From assembly GCA_020846875.1 (NCBI GenBank), contig JADLDB010000121.1, forward strand, positions 1 through 17,802: a DNA stretch of 17,802 nt, read 5' to 3'. The notes beneath the pieces are model-generated. The model did not search any database. It was not told the origin of the DNA and saw only the letters and a program-made list of their open reading frames with translations. The position numbers were made by a program, and so were the translations under genes. Each line of letters opens with the position of its first letter. Within the stretch, counting starts at the first letter, position 1. Below are positions 1-5,921 of the stretch, piece by piece. Source of the stretch: Myxococcales bacterium (GTDB lineage: Bacteria > Myxococcota > Myxococcia > Myxococcales > Myxococcaceae).

Positions 1-460
1 GCGCTCCCGTGCGCGCGGGGACGGCTCCTGGCCGTCCGGAGCGCCGTGCGCCTCGCCGTGGCGCCCTCGTGGATTGCGCGCTCCCGTGCGCGCGGGGACG
101 GCTCTCGGCCGTCCGGAGCGGCGTGCGCCTCGCCGTGGCGCCCTCGTGGATTGCGCGCTCCCGTGCGCGCGGGGACGGCTCCGGGCCGTCCGGAGCGGCG
201 TGCGCCTCGCCGTGGCGCTCTCGTGGATTGCGCGCTCCCGTGCGCGCGGGGACGGCTCTCGGCGTCCGGAGCGTCGTGCGCCTCGCCGTGGCGCCCTCGT
301 GGATTGTGCGCTCCCGTGCGCGCGGGGACGGCTCCTGGCCGTCCGGAGCGCCGTGCGCCTCGCCGTGGCGCCCTCGTGGATTGCGCGCTCCCGTGCGCGC
401 GGAGGCGGCTCTCGGCCGTCCGGGACGTCGTGCGCCTCGCCCGGGCCGTGGGGTGTGGCT
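1..460. repeat. Tandem array of a 77-bp direct repeat, at least 6 copies, truncated by the window start. The last copy is degenerate.
   Basis: The motif gcgctcccgtgcgcgcggggacggct recurs at 1, 78, 155, 232, 308 and 385. The period is 77 nt (76 in one copy with a 1-nt deletion). Each unit has an internal 7-bp inverted repeat, ggacggc-N5-gccgtcc. The period is not a multiple of 3. Confidence 0.9.
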
Positions 461-579
461 CGTCGCTGGCCGTAGCGGCTTCACGAGCGGCGCAGGAGCT
501 GTGACACCAGCCGGGCCCTGCGCAGGACATCTTCGTCGGGACGCGCCTGCCGGCGCAGCCGCGGACTCGCGGGAGCGAG

Positions 580-1134
580 TCAGTTCGCGCTGGCGGGCTT
601 GAGCGGCCCGCGCAGGTGCCCGCGGGTCGGGGCAGCCGAGGGAGTCGTCGCCGCACCACCCGTCGTCGCGGGTTCCGCGGCGACCTCCGTACACGCGTCA
701 GGCATGTCCAGCGAGGCCGCCCGCGCGCGAACGAGCGCGGCCCGCCTCGCCAGCAGCGCTTCACGTTCCTCCTGCAGCGCGCGCACCTCGTCCTCGGATG
801 GGCCCGACGCCACCGCGCCGCCGATGATCAACGTGGTGCCCAGGAGCGTGGCGAGGGCCGGCATCAACACCACCAGCGGCACGAACAGGTGCCACTCGCC
901 GCCGTTGAACAACACGATCCCCACCGCCGCCGAGGCCATCCCCACCAGCAGCGACGCCACGCCCAGCCCGATCGCCCCTGTGCCTCCCGAGCTGCGGCTC
1001 AGCTCGAGCAGCTGGCCGTCTACCCGCGCCACGTCGGCCAGCAAGGCTTCTTCGGGCAGCAGCCGCGCCTCGGCCACCGCGGACACCGCGCTCAGCACCA
1101 CCACCAGCATGAGCATCCTCTGGAGTCGTCGCAT
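580..1134 (-). CDS. Small exported or membrane protein (184 aa). It has an N-terminal signal-like sequence MRRLQRMLMLVVVLSAVSAVAEA, two or three hydrophobic helices and an Ala/Arg-rich C-terminal tail. Hypothetical.
   Basis: ORF in the 580..1248 minus frame. The internal ATG at 1132-1134 gives a canonical signal peptide. TM segments are AIGLGVASLLVGMASAAVGIVLF and FVPLVVLMPALATLLGTTLIIGGAVA. The antisense plus-strand ORF is low-complexity Ser/Arg/Ala junk. Confidence 0.6.
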   Translation of the reverse strand: MRRLQRMLMLVVVLSAVSAVAEARLLPEEALLADVARVDGQLLELSRSSGGTGAIGLGVASLLVGMASAAVGIVLFNGGEWHLFVPLVVLMPALATLLGTTLIIGGAVASGPSEDEVRALQEEREALLARRAALVRARAASLDMPDACTEVAAEPATTGGAATTPSAAPTRGHLRGPLKPASAN

Positions 1135-1270
1135 GCCCTGCCAGAGAGCAAGGCCAGGGCCAGGCTCAACCGCGCGGATCGCCTCTGGGCAGGAGGCGCG
1201 AGGTGCGCACCGAGGTGCACAGCGGGTGCGCGTGGCCCACGCTGTCACCCGGGCGACTCAGTCTCCGTGG

Positions 1271-2239
1271 TCAGGGCGCGAGCGACTTGAGCTGCTCCGC
1301 GCGCGACTGCTCCACGTTGCTCTCGTCGCGGTCGCGCTCGCGCTGCCGACGGAGGTGCAGCGCCAGCTCCAGGTCCGACTTGCCAGTCTCGCTGAGGTGC
1401 TCGCGGACCTTGCCCATGAAGTCGTTCACCGACTCCATCACCGTGCTGTAGGACTTGAGGGAGAAGGTGAGGTCGAAGAAGGACACGATCTTGTCCCACA
1501 GCGACTTGCCGGAGCCCGGGGGCGGGGCGTTCTTGTCCAGCACCTGCTCCGCGTTGGCCAGGCGATCCACCTTGAGGCCCGCCTCGTCGATGACGGCGGT
1601 GGCGGCGGCCACGGCGCTGGAGTGCTCCGCGCGCGCCTTGCGCAGCTCCGACGCCAGCTTCTTGCGCGCCTCCAGCTGGACCGGGTCCTTCTTGCTCTCG
1701 GGAGCGAAGGCCTGCGCCTTCTCCGCCAGCGCCTTCACCTTCTGGTCGGCGGACTCGGCGCTGCGCAGGGCGGCCTCGAAGCGCTGCTGCTGCTCAGCCG
1801 TCAGCTCCGGCTTCTTGGCCTGCAGGTCGCGCAGCGAGGCGGTCCGGGTGCGCAGGTGCGAGTACTTCCACTTCCGGTCGAGCTGGTTGACGCGGTCCTG
1901 AATCTCGCCCTTGAGCTGCTCGCGCTGGGCCCTCATCGCCTCGAACTTCGCCTTGCGCTCCTCAGGCGGGAGGCGCCGGAACTCGGTGAGGTCCAGGTGC
2001 CGGTTGCGGCGGGGCGCGTCGGTGCCCCAGAGCGCGCCGGGGTCGGCGGAGCGGGACACATGCGCAGCGGGAGGGAGCGCTCCGGGACGGGACTCGGCCT
2101 GCGCCACGAAGCCGGGCGCGGGCGGGGCGGCGGACAGCCGGGCCTCCACCTCGGCGGCGGGCGAGAGCTGGGTGCGGGAGACCGGCTGCGCCTTCGGAGT
2201 GCTGGTCAGCGAGGGGGAGCGGTCGATCTTCGTCGTCAT
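1271..2239 (-). CDS. Hypothetical coiled-coil protein (322 aa). It has a Pro/Ser-rich N-terminus and a long Lys/Glu/Gln/Ala-rich helical region.
   Basis: It lies in the minus ORF 1271..2623. Start chosen at the ATG at 2237-2239 (MTTKIDRSPS...). Residue composition is protein-like (KAKFEAMRAQREQLKGEIQDRVNQLDRKWKY...SLWDKIVSFFDLTFSLKSY), against low-complexity antisense. I recognise no family. Confidence 0.6.
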   Translation of the reverse strand: MTTKIDRSPSLTSTPKAQPVSRTQLSPAAEVEARLSAAPPAPGFVAQAESRPGALPPAAHVSRSADPGALWGTDAPRRNRHLDLTEFRRLPPEERKAKFEAMRAQREQLKGEIQDRVNQLDRKWKYSHLRTRTASLRDLQAKKPELTAEQQQRFEAALRSAESADQKVKALAEKAQAFAPESKKDPVQLEARKKLASELRKARAEHSSAVAAATAVIDEAGLKVDRLANAEQVLDKNAPPPGSGKSLWDKIVSFFDLTFSLKSYSTVMESVNDFMGKVREHLSETGKSDLELALHLRRQRERDRDESNVEQSRAEQLKSLAP

Positions 2240-2319
2240 GACGGTCGAATCTACGGCACCTGGGGGCCCGCGGTGAAGCTGGGAGCGGACTTCCTGCGAG
2301 CCAGAGAGGTGACGGCTGA

Positions 2320-3033
2320 TCAGCGCAGCACGCCCAAGACCCGCCCGTCCCCGCCCACCGCCACGGCGAGCGGCACCAGCGTCACCCCGTACCGGCGGGC
2401 CAGGTCCTTGCGCTGGGACACGTCCACCGTCACCACCCGCCGCCCGGCGCTGGTCAGCCGGGGGCCGACCACCTGGCACTCGCTGCAGAGGGGATGGGTG
2501 AAGAGCACTACCGTCTCGTCGGCCGGCAGCACGCCCAGCTGCTCCAGGTCGATGCGGTCCAGCACGCCGCCCTTCACCCCGCGCAGCCGCGCCAGCACCC
2601 GGTACACCTCGCAGCCCACGCACAGCCCGGTGGAGACGGCCAGCGTCGCCAGCGCCGCCACCATCAGCCCCAGCACCTGCCCCGCCAGCGCGAAGCCCAG
2701 CCCCCAGAGGAGCGCGGCCGAGAGGAGGAAGACGGCCCCGAGGATGTTGGCGAAGCGCGGAGCGCGGGAGTCCTCCAGCGGGCCTTCCCCCCAGCGGGGC
2801 TGCACCACGCGGAAGTAGAAGACGCAGGCCAGGCAGTACTGGCGGCCGAAGAGCAGGGTGATGGCCAGCTGCGCCCCGAGCAGGCCGAGCAGCGGCCAGA
2901 AGCCGGTCACCACGGCGATGAGCGAGCCCGTCGCCACCACCGCCTGGTTGAAGCGGGGAGCGCGGGCGTCGATGACCAGCAGGTCCTGGTACGGATCAGC
3001 GCGGCGGGTGAAGGGCTGGGGGGCGGTCGTCAT
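2320..3033 (-). CDS. DUF4395-family membrane protein fused to a C-terminal thioredoxin/glutaredoxin-like domain with CxxC motif CSEC (237 aa).
   Basis: The N-terminal ~150 aa match the DUF4395 pattern (RFNQAVVATGSLIAVVTGFWPLLGLLGAQLAITLLFGRQYCLACVFYF...EDSRAPRFANILGAVFLL...TGLCVGCEVYRVLARL). The C-terminus, VVLFTHPLCSECQVVGP...DLARRYGVTLVPLAV, is thioredoxin-fold-like. Start is ATG at 3031-3033. Confidence 0.7.
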   Translation of the reverse strand: MTTAPQPFTRRADPYQDLLVIDARAPRFNQAVVATGSLIAVVTGFWPLLGLLGAQLAITLLFGRQYCLACVFYFRVVQPRWGEGPLEDSRAPRFANILGAVFLLSAALLWGLGFALAGQVLGLMVAALATLAVSTGLCVGCEVYRVLARLRGVKGGVLDRIDLEQLGVLPADETVVLFTHPLCSECQVVGPRLTSAGRRVVTVDVSQRKDLARRYGVTLVPLAVAVGGDGRVLGVLR

Positions 3034-3075
3034 GGCGTCCACCCTAGCGGACGAACTTCCGTTAAACAAGACATT

Positions 3076-3091
3076 ATCCGCTCGAGCGGAT
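3076..3091. promoter_or_regulatory. Perfect 16-bp palindrome ATCCGCTCGAGCGGAT, about 43 bp upstream of the DUF4395-Trx gene start, inside a locally AT-richer stretch. Candidate operator or dimeric transcription-factor site.
   Basis: 3076..3091 is exactly self-complementary. The flanking cgttaaacaagacattat is unusually AT-rich for this genome, which fits a promoter region for the minus-strand gene. Confidence 0.4.
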
Positions 3092-3386
3092 GAGGTGGGG
3101 TCGTCACGGCCCTTCGTCGAGGAGAGGCTCCGGGGGATCGGCTCCGGACGATGGGAGCGGGTAGGCAAACCGATAGAGAACTCCGGCGCTGGTGCCTGCG
3201 TCTGCGACTTCCAGTTGCTGCTCGAAGGCCGGCTCGAAGCAGCCCGGGAGTTGGAACCAAGTCCCGCGTCGTCAGGTGGCCTCGGCGCCGACGCGCACCA
3301 CGGCGTGCGCCACGCCCACTTCCTCGAGAAGTCGCGGCGCTGACCCCCGACGGCGGCGACCTGGGGGGCAGGCGCTGCTGCCGGGC

Positions 3387-3570
3387 ATGCCCGAGGTGAA
3401 GGCGTACCTCGACGCGGTGGCCTTCGCGGAGGCGCGCTCCCGGGAGCGCGAGAGCATCGTCAACGCCAGCCTCGCCTCGGCCGTGGAAGCCCATTTCGGG
3501 GACTCCCACCGCACCCGGCGCACGCGGGGCGACGCGCTGTTCCATCAACCCGCTGATGAGCCTCCTGTAG
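3387..3570 (+). other. Candidate small ORF or gene remnant with an apparent frameshift. 52 codons from ATG 3387 have 50 of 52 G/C third positions. The coding-like signal then moves to the +1 frame at ~3540 and runs to TAG 3568-3570.
   Basis: Manual codon-position GC count. Frame 0 (MPEVKAYLDAVAFAEARSRERESIVNASLASAVEAHFGDSHRTRRTRGDAL) is strongly coding-like. Its continuation to the stop at 3668 loses the GC3 bias. The +1 frame tcc atc aac ccg ctg atg agc ctc ctg tag regains it. No obvious Shine-Dalgarno. Confidence 0.25.
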
Positions 3571-3720
3571 GCGTTTCGGTTGGGCGCGGTGGCGAAGCGG
3601 CGGCGGCCCGCATCGAGGCCTTTCGCGACGCCACGACTCCCCGGCCGAGGGCGAGCATTCCTCACTGAGAGGCGCACTTCCGGTTGCGGGGCGTGAGCGC
3701 CGCGCATACGCAAGCAGCCT

Positions 3721-4317
3721 ATGACTCGACACCTGCTCCTGGTGGTGAGCGTGGCCGCGGCCACCGCCGGTGCCGCCGAACTGGGCGCCCCCGCGCCGGA
3801 CTTCGCCTTGGGGGACCTCGACGGCAAGGAGGTGAAGCTGTCCTCCTTCAAGGGCAAGACGGTGGTGCTGGAGTGGTTCAACTCCGAGTGCCCCTACGTG
3901 AAGGCTTCGCACACCAGAGGCTCCCTGGTGGACACTGCGAAGCGCGCCACGAAGAAGGGCGTGGTGTGGTTGGCCGTCAACTCCGGGGCCCCGGGCAAGC
4001 AGGGCGCGAGCGCGGAGAGGAGCCGCGCAGGGGTGAAGGCCTTCGGCCTCGAGCACCCGGTGCTGCTGGACGAGTCCGGCCAGGTGGGCAAGGCGTACGG
4101 CGCCACCAACACCCCGCACCTCTTCGTCATCGACGCCAAGGGCACCCTCGTCTACCGCGGCGCCATCGACAACTCGCCCGACGGCGAAGGGCAGTCGCCG
4201 AAGGGCGGGAAGCTGGTCAACCACGTCGACGCCGCGCTGGAAGACGTCGCCGCCGGGCGCCCGGTGAAGGTCAACGACACGAAGGCCTACGGATGCGGCG
4301 TCAAGTACGGCTCCTGA
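3721..4317 (+). CDS. Secreted thioredoxin-fold (TlpA/redoxin-like) protein (198 aa) with an N-terminal signal peptide. The active-site region reads WFNSECPYV, i.e. CPYV, a single-cysteine variant of a CxxC motif.
   Basis: The signal peptide is MTRHLLLVVSVAAATAGAAELGAP. The thioredoxin-like pattern is GKTVVLEWFNSECPYVKA...VVWLAVNS...HPVLLDESGQVGKAYGATNTPHLFVIDAKGTLVY. The ORF is clean, with high GC3. Confidence 0.7.
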   Translation: MTRHLLLVVSVAAATAGAAELGAPAPDFALGDLDGKEVKLSSFKGKTVVLEWFNSECPYVKASHTRGSLVDTAKRATKKGVVWLAVNSGAPGKQGASAERSRAGVKAFGLEHPVLLDESGQVGKAYGATNTPHLFVIDAKGTLVYRGAIDNSPDGEGQSPKGGKLVNHVDAALEDVAAGRPVKVNDTKAYGCGVKYGS

Positions 4318-4763
4318 TGTTGGCGGCGCTGGCCGCGTCCGCGTGCGCGAAGAAAGAGAAGCCGCCGGCGACGGCGAAGCCTTTCGCCAGCCGCGAAGAG
4401 CGCCCGGAGTACGTGGTGGAGCTGCTGCCGGGTGAAGCCACCGCCGCGGGCGCGGAGGGCCACGTGGTGGTGCACGTCTCCGGTAAGGGGCACTACCACG
4501 TCAACGCCGACTACCCGCTGGCCTTCACTCCCGAGCCGGTGGACGGCCTGCGCTTCAAGGACAAGCGCATCGCGCTCTCCGAGGCCGCCGAGAAGACGCC
4601 CTGCCCACAGTCGGACAAGGACGTGTGCGAGGTGCGCGCGAAGGTGCCCTTCGCCGCGGACAAGGCGGCCACGCTGTCCGGACTGTTGGCCTTCAGCATC
4701 TGCGAGCCAGAGCGCTGCCTCATCGAGAAGGTGCGCCTGGCGGTGGCCGTGCCGGTGAAGTGA
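4293..4763 (+). CDS. Probable lipoprotein (~156 aa) resembling the DsbD N-terminal (alpha) domain. It overlaps the upstream gene by 25 nt. An alternative start is ATG 4317, overlapping the stop as TGATG.
   Basis: Lipoprotein-type signal MRRQVRLLMLAALAASAC. The mature part carries HVVVHVSGKGHYHVNADYPLAF, reminiscent of DsbD-alpha GYYLY, and a C-terminal CEPERC cysteine pair. It is immediately coupled to a thioredoxin-fold gene. Confidence 0.5.
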   Translation: MRRQVRLLMLAALAASACAKKEKPPATAKPFASREERPEYVVELLPGEATAAGAEGHVVVHVSGKGHYHVNADYPLAFTPEPVDGLRFKDKRIALSEAAEKTPCPQSDKDVCEVRAKVPFAADKAATLSGLLAFSICEPERCLIEKVRLAVAVPVK

Positions 4764-4767
4764 CGGC

Positions 4768-5730
4768 TCAGCCCGGCTGCGCGAGGGCGCGAAGCGTGAG
4801 CAATAGCTCCTGGAGCAGCTCGTCCGGCCGCTCGTGGAGGGCCGACCAGGTCCAGTGCAGGACGCGGAAGCCGTGCGCGGTGAGCGCGTTGTTGCGCGCC
4901 CGGTCCTTCTCGAAGCTGCCCAGAGAGGCATGCACCGCGTAGCCGTCGGCTTCGATGACGATGGGCGTGCCGGGGACGAGGAAGTCCAGACGGCGCAGGC
5001 GGCCGCCTACCCTGACAACGCGCTGGCGCTCCGCGCGGGGAAGGCCGGCGGTGTCGAGCAGCTCCATGACCCGCGCCTCCAGCTCGCTCTCGGTGGGCCC
5101 GTCGCCGCCGAGGTACTCGTGGACCAGCCTGCGCAGAAAAGCCGTCCCGTGCCGGCGGGGTGCACCGCCCAGCGCCGCCTCCATCCGTTCCAGCGTCACC
5201 CACCGTCGGCGCAGGGCTTCGTCGAAGCAGGCCTGGACGTCGGGCTCGGGCTCCGAGGCGCCGAGGTCGAGCAGGGTGCGCGCGGCGGAGGTCACCCGAA
5301 AGCCGTCGATGCTGACGAGCTCGCGGTGCGAGAGCGGGTCGACGCGATGGAGGATGACGGGCGCGTGCAGCCGAGCGCTTCGGACGAGGGAGAGTTCCAG
5401 CGCTCCCTCGGGGAAGCGGGCGAAGCCCCACAGCGCCGCCGCGGACCGGTGCGACACCGCGAAGTCCCGTTCGGCCCACAGCGACGCAGCCTTGAGCTGC
5501 TGACGCCACGTCTGCGGCGCCCCTTCGACGCGGTAGACCCGCGGAAGGACCCGGACCAACTGTCCGGATTCCACCCGCCGCTCGATCTGCCGGCCGCTGA
5601 GTCCGTGCGCCTCGGCCTGATCTCTCCGAATGACCCCGTACTGCCGTGCCGCGACCCGAAGCGTCGCGGTTTCTGCCCCGTCGACCATCACCGTCCTCCG
5701 GTTCGGGCCCATAGCAGACGGGTCTGACAT
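4768..5730 (-). CDS. DUF559 (Vsr/restriction-endonuclease-like fold) protein with an N-terminal AbiEi_4-like winged-helix region (320 aa).
   Basis: The N-terminus (TATLRVAARQYGVIRRDQAEAHGLSGRQIERRVESGQLVRVLPRVYRV) resembles the AbiEi_4 domain. The C-terminus (RLDFLVPGTPIVIEADGYAVHASLGSFEKDRARNNALTAHGFRVLHWTW) is DUF559-like. Start is ATG at 5728-5730; alternative in-frame Met codons lie 6 and 14 codons downstream. Confidence 0.65.
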   Translation of the reverse strand: MSDPSAMGPNRRTVMVDGAETATLRVAARQYGVIRRDQAEAHGLSGRQIERRVESGQLVRVLPRVYRVEGAPQTWRQQLKAASLWAERDFAVSHRSAAALWGFARFPEGALELSLVRSARLHAPVILHRVDPLSHRELVSIDGFRVTSAARTLLDLGASEPEPDVQACFDEALRRRWVTLERMEAALGGAPRRHGTAFLRRLVHEYLGGDGPTESELEARVMELLDTAGLPRAERQRVVRVGGRLRRLDFLVPGTPIVIEADGYAVHASLGSFEKDRARNNALTAHGFRVLHWTWSALHERPDELLQELLLTLRALAQPG

Positions 5731-5747
5731 CCACTGGCTCTACGCCA

Positions 5748-5764
5748 GCCACCGCCACGGTGGC
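5748..5764. promoter_or_regulatory. 7-bp inverted repeat GCCACCG-CCA-CGGTGGC in the divergent DUF559/MVP intergenic region. Two GTGCAC palindromes at 5778-5783 and 5820-5825 lie downstream in the same region.
   Basis: Sequence self-complementarity read directly. It lies between the divergent start codons at 5730 (minus) and 5922 (plus). Confidence 0.25.
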
Positions 5765-5921
5765 CCATGTAGAAGTGGTGCACTGAAAGCTTCCGGGCTG
5801 CTCCTCGCCAGGGCGGGCGGTGCACCAGAATGGAGCGGCCCTGACCGAGGTCCGGCCCGTTCGCCATGGCCTGCGGCTCGCATTGTCCCCCCTCGGACCC
5901 GCAGCACCCCTGAGGAGAGCC

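Noticed and set aside
1-460. CRISPR array hypothesis for the tandem repeats
   Set aside because: Whole 77-bp units are repeated head to tail with no unique spacers between them. The unit length is far outside the CRISPR repeat range and no cas genes are nearby.
9-602. ORFs of 133-197 aa running through the repeat array
   Set aside because: They only reflect stop-codon-poor GC-rich repeats. The 77-nt period is not a multiple of 3, and the 'proteins' are repeating Arg/Ala/Pro strings.
2240-2262. ggtcgaatc motif resembling a tRNA T-loop
   Set aside because: There is no surrounding acceptor or anticodon-arm complementarity. It lies in the short spacer between two protein genes.
599-2818. 739-aa plus-strand ORF, plus other long ORFs overlapping it (616..1290, 1455..1901, 1911..2276)
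   Set aside because: These are Ser/Arg/Ala/Thr-rich low-complexity translations antisense to three minus-strand genes with credible products. They are GC-rich frame artefacts.
3192-3668. 158-aa plus-strand ORF across the long intergenic region
   Set aside because: Only the segment from ATG 3387 to ~3540 has coding-like third-position bias. The upstream part and the tail to 3668 do not, so the full ORF is not credible. The coding-like core is reported separately as a possible frameshifted small gene.
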